Positions 18,352-28,516 are shown, counted from the stretch's first letter. The stretch: 36,941 bases of DNA from Candidatus Sumerlaeales bacterium (GCA_038243585.1 JBBSQY010000033.1:1-36941), one strand, 5' to 3'. Translations and numbers: made by a program. The notes: generated by a model from the sequence alone, not told the origin.

Positions 18352-21057
18352 ATGTACCAAAACACCACCAGTAAGCATATCGAATATCAACTCGATCTTA
18401 ACCCGGAGGCCCGCCGCAGCTTTCTGATGGAATGCAACCGGGCGCTGCAGGAGGCCCGCGAGGCGCAAAAAGGTTATATTCAGAAGCGTGCAGGCCGTCA
18501 GGCTGCGCTGGCGCTCAGCGAAGCGGTCGATCGTCTGCTTCGTTCCATGTGCGTGTGGCTTACAGAGAATTCTCCTACGGAACCGGGCATTGTATCTCGA
18601 ATAGCCATTGTTGCCCAAGGCGGCTATGGCCGCGCCCAGATGAATCCGTTTTCGGATGTCGACCTGCTTATCCTCATGCCAGACAATCCCTCTCCCGGTG
18701 AGCAGGCTTTTGTGAAAAGTCTGCTTTATCTGATCTGGGATTTAAACAAAGTTGAGCTGGGCCACGCCACCAAGCGGGTCTCAGAAGCCACGGAATGTGT
18801 GGGGCTTGATCTGGATTCCTCCACGGCGCTGTTGGAACTGCGGTTGCTGTTCGGAAGCCGGGCGATGGTGAACAAGGTTGAGGAAAGTGTGGCGGCGCTG
18901 GTGCGGGGACCCGCGGAAAAGTGGTTCGTGGAAAGCAAAATCAACGAGAGCCGGAATCGCAAAGAGAAGTATGGCAGTTCGATTTATCTGCTCGAGCCCA
19001 ACGTAAAAGAGGGCGAGGGCGGCCTGCGCGATATCCATTCTCTGATATGGCTTAGCTATGCGATTCTAAACTCCGGCAGTCTCAAAGTCCTCACTGAGCG
19101 CGACGCATTGCGCCCGGAGGAACTGGAAAAACTTAACAAAGCCACGGATTTTCTCCTCAGCATTCGCAGCGCCCTTCACCTGGCTGAGGGCCGAAAGATT
19201 GACTCACTGTCCTTTGATAAACAGCCGGTCGTCGCGCGCGACCTCGGATATGCTTCAGACTCGGTGCTGCTGGCGGAGGAAAAGATGATGAAAGACTATT
19301 ATATGCACGCTGGCGTCATCGACCGATACTCGAAAAAAGCCACTCGCCTTATAACAGCAAAAGCCCAGGGTAAGGTCAGCGGAATTGTCGAGGCCATGCG
19401 CCGCCGTTCGCTTAATGAAATTTACTATGTAAAAAGCGGCCTCCTTTTTCAGAAAAAGCCCGACGCTGGTTGGTTTCGGGATGATCCCGTACGCATCATG
19501 GACGCCTTCCGCACCGCAGTGCTTGCGGGCTCTGTGCTGAGCGAGGATCTGAAGCAGACTATTGAAGAGTGTGGCGACGCTACAGACACAACGACTTTTC
19601 GTCAGAGCCCACAGTGCCGCGACATTTTTATGGAAATTCTAAACCAGAAATCCGGTGCCGGTCCCACTCTTCATGCCATGCACGACACCGGGGTTCTTGC
19701 CGATTATATGCCGGAATTTCGGAAGCTGTTCTGCCTGGTGCGCATTGACCATTATCACCGTTACACCGTGGACGAACACCTTATTAAAACTTTGTATGAG
19801 GTGGAAGATCTTTATCAGACGGGGGCGGGGCAGCGGCCAGAGCTTGCCGATGAGACTCGCAAGGTTCGCCGGTGGGACTTGCTGAATCTGTCGCTGCTTC
19901 TACACGACATCGGAAAAGGGGAAGGGCACGGCCACGTGCTTCGCGGGGCGATTATCTCGCAGAAGATGACGCAGCGGATGGGGTTGCCGCCGGAGGATCA
20001 GGAGGTCGTTCGCCAGCTGATTTTGCAGCATTTGAAAATGGTGCATATTTCACAACGCCGAGACCTGGAGGATCCACACGTCATCGCGGAAATGGCCGGC
20101 ATTGTGCCGGACCCGGAACTTCTCCGCATGCTTTACATTCTGACCTACTGCGACACCAGAGCGGTAGGGCCAGGCGCCTGGAGCGACTGGAAGGGAATGC
20201 TGCTTTATGATCTTTATCGGAAAACCGTGATGCTTCTCGCGGGCGCAAACCCCATTGTCCCTATGGATGCAGCCGCGCGCGCTGTCTTGCAAAACGCGAT
20301 AACCGAAGCGGCGGATGGCGCGTTGACTGATTCGGAAATCAAACAGTTTCTCAATAACGCTTCGCCCAAGTATTTAACCACCGTGCCACCTGCTGGAATT
20401 GTCAGGCACATCCAGATGCACAAAAGCATCAACGAGGACACACCTGTGGCTTGGCGCGTGGAAGAGCGGGAGGATATGAATTATACGGAAATTACTGTGG
20501 TTGGAATGGATGTTCGCGGGCTGCTCAGCATGTTGTGTGGCGCACTCTCCAGTAAGGATATCAACATCCTCAGTCTTCAGGCCTTTTCGACTAAGGACGG
20601 GTATGCCATTGATTGTTTTCAGGTTACTGACCTGCGAGGGAACCAGTTGCCGCAAGGGTTTCGACTGGACCGCCTGAAGCAGGAACTAAACAACGTTTTG
20701 CAAAAGCGCAAAACCGTCGCTGAAGCCTTTCCCATTCGCAAGCGCCCAATATCCTCTCAGCGGGATGTGCCGGTGGTGAAACCCGCCGAGGTTATCATTA
20801 ATAACGAAGGCAGCTTTGATTTTACGATTCTCGAAGTGAAAGCGTATGATCGTCCCGGCCTGCTTTATGATATAACCCGAATTTGTAACGACCAGGCTTA
20901 TTACATCCATCTGGCGATGATTACCACCGAGGCTTACCGCGTGGTGGACGTGTTTTACATCACCGATTTGGAATTTAACAAACTTACCCTTGCCCAAACA
21001 AAGAAACTGCGGAGCGCATTGGAAGATACCCTGGCCGGGACGCTGGCTGTAGAGTAA
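18352..21057 (+). CDS. glnD: Bifunctional [protein-PII] uridylyltransferase/uridylyl-removing enzyme
   Basis: AQGGYGR..SDVDL NTase motif, EPNVKEGEGGLRD, YHRYTVDEH, LLHDIGKG HD domain, and two C-terminal ACT domains (DRPGLL). Confidence 0.97.
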   Translation: MYQNTTSKHIEYQLDLNPEARRSFLMECNRALQEAREAQKGYIQKRAGRQAALALSEAVDRLLRSMCVWLTENSPTEPGIVSRIAIVAQGGYGRAQMNPFSDVDLLILMPDNPSPGEQAFVKSLLYLIWDLNKVELGHATKRVSEATECVGLDLDSSTALLELRLLFGSRAMVNKVEESVAALVRGPAEKWFVESKINESRNRKEKYGSSIYLLEPNVKEGEGGLRDIHSLIWLSYAILNSGSLKVLTERDALRPEELEKLNKATDFLLSIRSALHLAEGRKIDSLSFDKQPVVARDLGYASDSVLLAEEKMMKDYYMHAGVIDRYSKKATRLITAKAQGKVSGIVEAMRRRSLNEIYYVKSGLLFQKKPDAGWFRDDPVRIMDAFRTAVLAGSVLSEDLKQTIEECGDATDTTTFRQSPQCRDIFMEILNQKSGAGPTLHAMHDTGVLADYMPEFRKLFCLVRIDHYHRYTVDEHLIKTLYEVEDLYQTGAGQRPELADETRKVRRWDLLNLSLLLHDIGKGEGHGHVLRGAIISQKMTQRMGLPPEDQEVVRQLILQHLKMVHISQRRDLEDPHVIAEMAGIVPDPELLRMLYILTYCDTRAVGPGAWSDWKGMLLYDLYRKTVMLLAGANPIVPMDAAARAVLQNAITEAADGALTDSEIKQFLNNASPKYLTTVPPAGIVRHIQMHKSINEDTPVAWRVEEREDMNYTEITVVGMDVRGLLSMLCGALSSKDINILSLQAFSTKDGYAIDCFQVTDLRGNQLPQGFRLDRLKQELNNVLQKRKTVAEAFPIRKRPISSQRDVPVVKPAEVIINNEGSFDFTILEVKAYDRPGLLYDITRICNDQAYYIHLAMITTEAYRVVDVFYITDLEFNKLTLAQTKKLRSALEDTLAGTLAVE

Positions 21058-21067
21058 GGCTTAAACT

Positions 21068-21922
21068 TTACTTTCTGGTCTTCGGATCCAGCGCGTCGCG
21101 GAGACCGTCTCCAAGCAGATTAAACCCGGTTACTGTAAGCAAAATGGCAAGACCCGGGAACAGTGGAAGCCATTCAAAAAACAGGATATAGTCCCGGCCT
21201 TCACTGAGCATTCCACCCCATGTAGGGGTTGGCGGTTGTGCGCCCAGTCCCAGGTAGCTAAGGCCGGCTTCCGCCAATATCGCGGTGCTCACCCGGAGCG
21301 TCCCGTACACAATCAGTGTTCCAACCAGGTTGGGAATCAGATGCTTAAACATGATTCGATTCGCACCGGCGCCTGCCACGCGTGCGGCGTCCACGTAATC
21401 TTCCTCTCGCAGGCTCAACACGTTTCCACGAACCAGGCGTGTATAACTGGGGAAGCTGGCTATGCCGAGCGCAAGAAGCACGTTTTGCAGGCTGGGTCCC
21501 AACGCTGCGGTGATGGCCAGGGCTAGAAGCAGAAATGGAAAGGCCAGCATAATATCCGTAATCCGCATCACTACGGTGTCCCACCAGCCACCGAAAAACC
21601 CGGCGCTGGTGCCTAACACGAGGCCGATGCTCATGCCGATGGCTACGGCCACAAATCCTACAAAGAGGGAGATGCGAGCGCCGTACAGAACCCGCAGGCC
21701 AACGTCGCGGCCGAACTGATCGGTTCCCATCCAGTGGCCGGCGCTGGGAGGTTGTAGCGCATCCTTAAGGTTTTGACTGGCCACGGCGGAAAATGGAGCA
21801 ATCCAGACAGAAGCGATGGCGGCCAAGGCAAGCGTGATTACGATCGCCAACCCGAGAACCGCGACTTTATCACGACTGAACTTGACCCATACGAGCTTCC
21901 ATCCCAGGAAGAATTCTTTCAT
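21068..21922 (-). CDS. Peptide/nickel ABC transporter permease (DppC/OppC-like)
   Basis: HWMGTDQFGRD, EAA-loop YVDAARVAGA, LSYLGLG.QPP.P.WG, FNLLGDGLRDALDP. Confidence 0.95.
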   Translation of the reverse strand: MKEFFLGWKLVWVKFSRDKVAVLGLAIVITLALAAIASVWIAPFSAVASQNLKDALQPPSAGHWMGTDQFGRDVGLRVLYGARISLFVGFVAVAIGMSIGLVLGTSAGFFGGWWDTVVMRITDIMLAFPFLLLALAITAALGPSLQNVLLALGIASFPSYTRLVRGNVLSLREEDYVDAARVAGAGANRIMFKHLIPNLVGTLIVYGTLRVSTAILAEAGLSYLGLGAQPPTPTWGGMLSEGRDYILFFEWLPLFPGLAILLTVTGFNLLGDGLRDALDPKTRK

Positions 21923-22884
21923 TAGTCTTTTCCGCCAGAGTCGAGTCTTATGCGTGGATCAATAACTGTGTAAAGGATGTCGACGATAAGATTTACGCCG
22001 GAATAAACCACAGCCGTCAGCAGGACTCCCGCCATTACAACCGGGGCGTCGCGACCCTTGATGCCGTCAACCATCCATTGGCCTATGCCCGGCCAGGCGA
22101 AAACGCTTTCGATAATAATACTTCCTTCCAACAGCGCAGCAATAGACAAGCCGCTCAGGGTTACAAACGGGATCAGGGCGTTTCTCAGGGCGTGGCGCAT
22201 CAGGACGACGCGTCCGCTGACGCCCTTGGCCCTTGCGGTCCGCACGAAATCCGAATGGAGAACCTCGAGCAGGCTGGCACGCAGGATCCGGCAAAGGGAA
22301 GCAGCCGTTCCCACACCCAGCGTGATGGCGGGCAGAGCGAGATGCGACAAGTGACTTGGCAGGTTGAAAAGCAGCGATCCATCGCCACGTCCCGCCGGCG
22401 GAAACCAACCGAGTTTTCTGCTGAAAAGGATGATTAACTCAATGCCGAGCCAGAATCCCGGCACGGCAAGAAATACAAAAATAACAGTGCGAGCTGTCTG
22501 ATCAAACATTCCCCCCGGTTTGCGCACCGACATTATCGCGACGAAAACCGAGATCAATGTCGCGATAAACATCGTGATTACCGCCAGTTCCAATGTGGCC
22601 GGAAGGCGCCTGACAAGTTCAGGAAAAACGGGAAGATGAGAGCCAGTGTAGCTTCTGCCAAGATCGCCCCGTAGCGCGTCCTTCAGCCACAGAACGTATC
22701 GCACTGGAATAGGTTTACCCAGGTTCAGTTCTTTGCGCAGAGCGATGATCTGTTCCGGTGGCGCATCCGGGGCCAGCAGACTTCGGATTGGATCGCCGCT
22801 TATGGCCAACAAAAAAAACACCAGCATGGAAACCCCAAGCAGCGTCGGAACCATCAAGAAGATGCGTTTGACTAAATGCTGCAT
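21922..22884 (-). CDS. Peptide/nickel ABC transporter permease (DppB/OppB-like)
   Basis: GDLGRS, RLPATLEL, FVRTARAKG, RHALRNAL, ESVFAWPGIG, DPRIR. ATG at 22884 with GGAGG SD. Confidence 0.95.
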   Translation of the reverse strand: MQHLVKRIFLMVPTLLGVSMLVFFLLAISGDPIRSLLAPDAPPEQIIALRKELNLGKPIPVRYVLWLKDALRGDLGRSYTGSHLPVFPELVRRLPATLELAVITMFIATLISVFVAIMSVRKPGGMFDQTARTVIFVFLAVPGFWLGIELIILFSRKLGWFPPAGRGDGSLLFNLPSHLSHLALPAITLGVGTAASLCRILRASLLEVLHSDFVRTARAKGVSGRVVLMRHALRNALIPFVTLSGLSIAALLEGSIIIESVFAWPGIGQWMVDGIKGRDAPVVMAGVLLTAVVYSGVNLIVDILYTVIDPRIRLDSGGKD

Positions 22885-22915
22885 AATGCCTCCAAGCACA
22901 GAGAAGGAAGAGTGA

Positions 22916-24556
22916 TCATAGTCGACCTTCAAATCCGCCCATGGTTACGCCATGAAACTCATATTCGCCGGCCGGATGCACGTGCATGTTGTTGATCCTG
23001 GGATTGATACCCCACAGCATCCGCGAACTGTATGCAAAAATCCAAGGGCAATCCTGGACGATAATCGCCTGCAACTGATCGTATATCTGGTTTCGTTTGG
23101 TCTCGTCCACAGTGGCGAGAGATTCCTGCAAGAGACGGTTCACATCTTCATTTTTATAGAAGCTGCTGTTACTGGTGCTGGTGCTGCGAAAAAGCGGATC
23201 GAGGAAGCCGTGGGGGTGTTCACCGCCGACCCAGCCGGCCGCGAACAGATCGAACACCCCATCCTTTTCCGGAAACCATTGCAGATCCAATGTTTGGTAT
23301 GGATCAAACTTTTCCCAGTAAACGTTTCGGTCAAATCTTAATATTTCGACTCGAATACCGATATCGCGTAGTTGATCTGCAACCACGACGCCAAGATTAG
23401 TGTCGTCCACGTCGTCCTTGGTCCAGAGAACGACGTTCATTCCATCCGGATACCCAGCCTCCACCAAAAGCGCTTTGGCTGCGTCTGGATCGTATCCCAG
23501 GGTTTCCATGTTTTTGTTAAAGTTCGGCATGACGGTCGGAAGCGGTCCGACAAGAGGATCGGCATTGTCGCGGAATCCATATTTTACCAGGGCGTTGCGG
23601 TTAATGGCCATGTTCGCAGCCCGCCGAACCCGCACGTCATTAAACGGGGGCTTCATATTATTAAAGCCGACATAGCGAACCGCCAGTTTGGGGGCCTTTA
23701 TTATTTCCACCTGGGCAGATTTTTCGGCCACTTCCGTGTGAGCAAACGTAACCGAACACAGATCGATCGCGCCCTGTTCCAGCAGAATCAGCCGGGTGGT
23801 CGGTTCTCGAACAACGAGAAACTCCACTTCGGGAATGCTGAACTCGTCGGCACGCCAGTAGTACGGATTTCGTTTCAGCAGGATTCGCTCGCCCTGTTGC
23901 TGCTCCGCCACCATGTACGGGCCGCTGCCCGTTGGGTTCAGGGTAAAAGCTTCGTTTCCATATTTTTTAACGGCGGTCGGGCTTACAATTCCGCCGAACG
24001 AGTCTCGCAGCACCACCGGCCATACCGAGTAGGGCTCGGTCATTTCAAACCGAACCGTCAGGGGGTCGATGGCTTCCACGCTTTTCATCTTCAGCACCTT
24101 GGAGCGCCGCTGCGAGGCTGTAGCAGGGTTTTTGATCCTGTCGAAATGGAACTTCACCGCCTCCGCGTCACATGGGGTGCCATCGGAAAACTTTACGCCT
24201 GGGCGGAGTTTAAATATCCACGAGTAGGCGTCGTCATGAGATTCCCAGGATAACGCCAGCCTCGGAATGAGCTCCAGTTCCCGGTTATACCAGGTCAGGG
24301 TGTCGTAAATATTACATATTATGTAAGAATCCAGCGCCATAGTTTGAAATGCAGGGTCGAGGGTCTGCACGCGCTCGTCCATGGCTACGACCATTCTCTT
24401 TACCAGTTCTTCCGGGGACCGTTTCTCCGTGCATCCGGAAAGCACGACCGCCCCCGGCGGCAGGCAAACCCCCAGCACGCGCATTCCCATGGCACCGGCG
24501 GCGACTTTTAAAAAGCCGCGGCGATCTGTAATTAAGCGGGAGTCACGTTTAGACAT
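22916..24556 (-). CDS. Peptide ABC transporter substrate-binding protein (family 5, DppA-like), Tat-exported lipoprotein
   Basis: ATG at 24556 followed by RRGFLK twin-arginine motif and LSG/C lipobox. LA.SWE...FKLRPGVKFSDG and P.GSGPY SBP_bac_5 motifs. Confidence 0.93.
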   Translation of the reverse strand: MSKRDSRLITDRRGFLKVAAGAMGMRVLGVCLPPGAVVLSGCTEKRSPEELVKRMVVAMDERVQTLDPAFQTMALDSYIICNIYDTLTWYNRELELIPRLALSWESHDDAYSWIFKLRPGVKFSDGTPCDAEAVKFHFDRIKNPATASQRRSKVLKMKSVEAIDPLTVRFEMTEPYSVWPVVLRDSFGGIVSPTAVKKYGNEAFTLNPTGSGPYMVAEQQQGERILLKRNPYYWRADEFSIPEVEFLVVREPTTRLILLEQGAIDLCSVTFAHTEVAEKSAQVEIIKAPKLAVRYVGFNNMKPPFNDVRVRRAANMAINRNALVKYGFRDNADPLVGPLPTVMPNFNKNMETLGYDPDAAKALLVEAGYPDGMNVVLWTKDDVDDTNLGVVVADQLRDIGIRVEILRFDRNVYWEKFDPYQTLDLQWFPEKDGVFDLFAAGWVGGEHPHGFLDPLFRSTSTSNSSFYKNEDVNRLLQESLATVDETKRNQIYDQLQAIIVQDCPWIFAYSSRMLWGINPRINNMHVHPAGEYEFHGVTMGGFEGRL

Positions 24557-24656
24557 GCGATCAACCGTGACACCCCATAGCGTGCTTGCAACATCGAAAA
24601 GAAACTTTCCGGTATAAATTGTGCCAGTCATAAAAAAGCCGAAGGAGACATGATCC

Positions 24657-25769
24657 ATGCGCGCTGTTGCGATATACCCCAAAAGTGGGAAGCTCGATGT
24701 CATTGAGACTCCCACACCCTCGATTAAATCTCCCCATGATGTGCTGGTCAAGACGTTGAGCGTCGGGCTTTGCGGCACAGATCATGAAATCGCTGCCCAG
24801 GATTATGGGCGCGCTCCTGATGATGGAGATTACCTTATCCTGGGCCATGAGTGCCTGGGAGAGGTTTTGGAAGTCGGCGCTGCCGTAAACCGCTTTTCTC
24901 CGGGGCAACTCGTGGTGCCGTCTGTCCGGCGACCTTGCGATTCAGAATCTTGCGCCGCTTGTCGAAGCGGTCGCCCGGATTTTTGCCTTACCGGCGACTT
25001 TACGGAACGAGGCATATCGGGTGCTCACGGGTTCATGTGTGAGCAGTTTGTTGAATCCGAACAATACCTTCACCCGGTGCCTGACGAAATGCGGGATTTT
25101 GGCGTGCTGACAGAGCCGCTGACCATCGCCATGAAAGCCCTGATCCAGATTCGCGACATACAGGATCGCCTGCCTTATATGAAAACCGCCAACTTCAAAA
25201 ACGGGATTCTGGAAGGCCTAACGGCCGTAGTGCTGGGGGCTGGTCCTGTTGGATTGCTCGGCGCGCTGGCACTTCTGAACTCTGGCGCACGCGTATTCGT
25301 GTATTCTCGCAAGGAGGAACCGAACGAGAACTCAAAGATCATTGAAAACGCAGGCGGCGAATACGTATCGTCCAGCACCGTAAGCGCGGAACAATTCGCC
25401 GAATTAACCGGAAATGTCGATGTGATTTACGAAGCCACAGGCGCATCGTCATTTGCGTTTAAAATGACAAAGTTGCTGGGGCGAAACAGCATCTATATCC
25501 TCACAGGGGTGCCGGGCCGCAAAGGTCCGGTCGAAATTGACGCGGATCGGATTATGCGCGATATGGTTCTGAAAAATCAGTTAATCGTCGGAACCGTAAA
25601 CGCCGGCGCACCGGCTTATGAGGCCGCCATTAATACCCTGGGAGACATCCATAAGCGCTGGCCAGCTTCCATCGATGGAATTATTACTGACGTGCTCAAA
25701 CCGGAAGACGTGGGCCAGGCTTTAAAAACAAGAAGCTCGGGTATAAAACAAGTGGTGCAGTTCACATGA
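24657..25769 (+). CDS. gdh: Zn-dependent glucose 1-dehydrogenase (MDR family, archaeal/Thermoplasma-type)
   Basis: GLCGTD.EI, ILGHE, VRRPC..C..C...DFC...ERGI...HGF, EPL, GAGPVG, GTVNA. Confidence 0.88.
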   Translation: MRAVAIYPKSGKLDVIETPTPSIKSPHDVLVKTLSVGLCGTDHEIAAQDYGRAPDDGDYLILGHECLGEVLEVGAAVNRFSPGQLVVPSVRRPCDSESCAACRSGRPDFCLTGDFTERGISGAHGFMCEQFVESEQYLHPVPDEMRDFGVLTEPLTIAMKALIQIRDIQDRLPYMKTANFKNGILEGLTAVVLGAGPVGLLGALALLNSGARVFVYSRKEEPNENSKIIENAGGEYVSSSTVSAEQFAELTGNVDVIYEATGASSFAFKMTKLLGRNSIYILTGVPGRKGPVEIDADRIMRDMVLKNQLIVGTVNAGAPAYEAAINTLGDIHKRWPASIDGIITDVLKPEDVGQALKTRSSGIKQVVQFT

Positions 25770-26413
25770 ACCGCCACGGAATCGGTGACGGCTGGATTGA
25801 TGTAACGAGGCCCATAACTGCTGGCATGGCGCGCTGGCCGGGAGATCCTGAGGTGGAAGTTGAACTTCTTTCCGATATGAGCAAGGGTGAGGCGTGCAAC
25901 GTCTCACGACTATCCATGTGCGCTCATACCGGTACACATATGGACGCACCGGTCCATTTTTTACGCTCCGGCGCAGGAATTGAAGCGGCACCTGTGCAAG
26001 TTCTTTTGGGGCCCGCGCGAGTGATCGCCATTGATGATCCTGTATCGGTGAGGCGGGCGGAACTCGAACAATATGACCTGCAGACCGGCGAGAGGATTAT
26101 CTTACGCACTCGCAACACCCAGATAGACTGGAACGGTGGTTTCCAGATGGACTTCGTCCATATCGCGGCCGACGCGGCGCGGTTCCTCGCGGATCGGAAG
26201 GTTTCTCTCGTCGGGATTGATTATATGTCGGTGGGCGGATTCTACCATGACATGGTAGAGACCCACGTAGCGCTTTTGGAAGCGGGAATCTGGATTGTGG
26301 AAAACCTGGATTTGCGCGAGATAGCTCCGGGAGACTGGGAGCTGATTTGCCTGCCCATGAAAATATTGGGTTGCGACGGCGCCCCGGCCAGAGTACTGAT
26401 GCGACCAATATGA
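25766..26413 (+). CDS. Cyclase family metal-dependent hydrolase (kynurenine formamidase KynB-like)
   Basis: HTGTHMDAP.HF, GIDYMSV, H..LL...IVENL, DGAPAR. ATGA overlap with gdh. Confidence 0.9.
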   Translation: MNRHGIGDGWIDVTRPITAGMARWPGDPEVEVELLSDMSKGEACNVSRLSMCAHTGTHMDAPVHFLRSGAGIEAAPVQVLLGPARVIAIDDPVSVRRAELEQYDLQTGERIILRTRNTQIDWNGGFQMDFVHIAADAARFLADRKVSLVGIDYMSVGGFYHDMVETHVALLEAGIWIVENLDLREIAPGDWELICLPMKILGCDGAPARVLMRPI

Positions 26414-26414
26414 G

Positions 26415-26562
26415 GTAGCATAGGCGTCTCGCCTGTGTTTACCAAATCGCTACTTTATAATCAGCGTCACACAGGCGAGACGCCTATGCTACTTCTTAAT
26501 TCGGCCCAGGCGCGACGCCTGTGCTACTTCTTAATTCGGCCCAGGCGCGACGCCTGTGCTAC
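26415..26562. repeat. REP-like family C cluster: one inverted copy plus three tandem copies with 35-bp period (BIME-like)
   Basis: GTAGCATAGGCGTCTCGCCTGTGT at 26415-26438, its reverse complement at 26469-26492, then TTCTTAATTCGGCCCAGGCGCGACGCCTGTGCTAC twice (26493-26562). Confidence 0.85.
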
Positions 26563-26903
26563 TTCTTCATTCCCTCACAGTAGTCCATGATGTCGGGAGT
26601 GCGCCACTTCATGGGAAATCCCACGCACTGAACAGGCTTTTCCGGGTGGACTTTACAGAGGTTCTGTTGCAGGAGAATGCATTCCTGCTCTGGCCCTGGT
26701 TTGTCCAGCAACCACAGGTCTCCTGCTTCAGCCTGCTGTTTTATCTCCGGTTCGCGGGTGTATATATCCATGAATACGGTCGGAGTAATTTGCAGATGCG
26801 CTGCCATTCGTTCAATATCTGACGTAGTAACTCGAACGTAACCTTCGCCCCGGCAGCAATTGCCGCAGCGGGCGCAGGCGAATTCCTGGATTTTATAATC
26901 CAT
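26559..26903 (-). CDS. YkgJ family cysteine-cluster protein (CxxCxxCC, FliB-like Fe-S/Zn)
   Basis: FACARCGNCC...C.LL....C.VH..KP.QC..FP pattern. ATG at 26903 overlaps the upstream kinase end. Confidence 0.9.
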   Translation of the reverse strand: MDYKIQEFACARCGNCCRGEGYVRVTTSDIERMAAHLQITPTVFMDIYTREPEIKQQAEAGDLWLLDKPGPEQECILLQQNLCKVHPEKPVQCVGFPMKWRTPDIMDYCEGMKK

Positions 26904-28488
26904 CGGTCGCGTTCCCCGCGCAAGCCCTTGATATCGCCGCGACAAATGGGTTTATTTTGACTGGCTTCGTAAAATAAGCAAAGATGTTGAGATCGTTAAC
27001 TGACTTCTCTCGTTCCGGAGACGCGTCAATTGTGAGAACAATAATGGGAATAGCAGAAAGACGGGTGTCGCCCTGCAGTTTCAGGATAAAATCTTCGCCG
27101 GGCCCATCCGGAAGATCAATCTCGGTAATAATCAGATCCGGGCTGTTGTCTTTAATATATAACGATGCTTCAGCCATAGTTTTCACCACGGTTAAGTTGG
27201 TGCTTCCACGGCGATAAAATACTCTCTCCATAAAATCCGCCGCCGCGGCGTGGTCTTCGATTATAAGTATCTTACAGTCGAGAGGCAGCAGCGGAATTGA
27301 AGACAACGGCGGTATTATTTCATCTTCTACGGATTCAGGTTCTGCCGAGGTCGCGCTTGGGACCTCCAACCAGAAAATGCAGCCGTCGTTATCTGAACAG
27401 ATAACGCCAACCATGCCGCCCATCGTTTCTACAAGAGACTTTACCACGGTGAGGCCGAGACCAGTGCCTTGTATCGAGGAATTCACATCCAGGTCCAGAC
27501 GGTCAAAAGGCGTAAAAAGTCGTTCAATTTTTTCAGAAGGTATGCCAATACCCGTATCTCGCACAAGAAGCTTAATAAATCCAGATCGCTCTTCCTGACA
27601 TTCGACATACACGTGGCCGTTAGGCTTGTTGTATTTGACGGCATTGGTGATCAGGTTAATAAGAACCTGGGTCAGCCTGTCCTTGTCCACATATGCGAAC
27701 AGGTTGCAGGGCCCTCCGTCAATATGGATGGTGACATGCGCGTCGCGGGCCATGGGCCGCGTCAGATCCACCGCTCTTTCAATAATTGGCACTATGGAGG
27801 TGGAGCGTGCGGACATTGGAATAACGCCGGACTCAATACGGGTTATATCCAGCACCTCGTTGATAAGCTGAAGGAGGTGCTCCCCTGCCTTTAAAATTCG
27901 CTCGCTGCAGTGCTGTTGTTCCTCGCTCATAGGGTCGGCCTGCATAAGCTGAGTATAACCGATGATAGCGTTTAACGGCGTCCTGAGTTCATGGCTGATG
28001 CGTCCCAGAAATCGGCCCTTGGCGCTACTCGCCTTCTGCGCCTCGTCCCGGGCTTCGCGCACCTCTTCCTGGCTTTGTTTTTCCCGCTTACGAATCTGAA
28101 ATTCTTCGAAGGCGCGGGTTACGACCAGCGGCAGGCGCTGCATATTGTTTTTGAGAACGTAATCAGTGGCGCCGTTTCTAAGTAGTTCCACCGCCAACTC
28201 TTCGCCAAGCGCGCCTGACAGTAATATAAACGGGATGTCTGGATCAATAGCGCGGGTAATGCGAAGAGCGGCAAAGCCATCAAAGCCCGGCATATTATAA
28301 TCGGCTAAAATCAAATCAAAATTTTGCTTAGCCGGGTATTCTTCCATGGCCCGGCGAAAATCTTCCAAATGGATTATGCGGAACATATGACAATCCATCC
28401 CGGCGCCAGATATCATTTCGCAGGTCAACTCTGCGTCAAGTGGATTATCTTCCAGGTGAAGGATCGTGATAGGACGTTCTTCAGACAT
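26893..28488 (-). CDS. Hybrid histidine kinase (REC-HisKA-HATPase-REC)
   Basis: N-terminal LEDN..LADYNMP receiver, ISHELRTPLN, NLITNAVKYN, DTGIGI, GTGLGL, and a degenerate C-terminal receiver. Confidence 0.93.
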   Translation of the reverse strand: MSEERPITILHLEDNPLDAELTCEMISGAGMDCHMFRIIHLEDFRRAMEEYPAKQNFDLILADYNMPGFDGFAALRITRAIDPDIPFILLSGALGEELAVELLRNGATDYVLKNNMQRLPLVVTRAFEEFQIRKREKQSQEEVREARDEAQKASSAKGRFLGRISHELRTPLNAIIGYTQLMQADPMSEEQQHCSERILKAGEHLLQLINEVLDITRIESGVIPMSARSTSIVPIIERAVDLTRPMARDAHVTIHIDGGPCNLFAYVDKDRLTQVLINLITNAVKYNKPNGHVYVECQEERSGFIKLLVRDTGIGIPSEKIERLFTPFDRLDLDVNSSIQGTGLGLTVVKSLVETMGGMVGVICSDNDGCIFWLEVPSATSAEPESVEDEIIPPLSSIPLLPLDCKILIIEDHAAAADFMERVFYRRGSTNLTVVKTMAEASLYIKDNSPDLIITEIDLPDGPGEDFILKLQGDTRLSAIPIIVLTIDASPEREKSVNDLNIFAYFTKPVKINPFVAAISRACAGNATDGL

Positions 28489-28516
28489 TTAGGTGACTTA
28501 GGCGCGCATGGCTTGC

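Noticed and set aside
24557..24778. N-terminal extension of the DppA-like ORF overlapping gdh
   Set aside because: The Tat signal begins at ATG 24556; the extension is the antisense of gdh and the divergent promoter region.
26469..26562. Possible mini CRISPR array
   Set aside because: The intervening sequences are identical and only ~13 bp, there are no cas genes, and an inverted copy is present. This fits REP/BIME instead.
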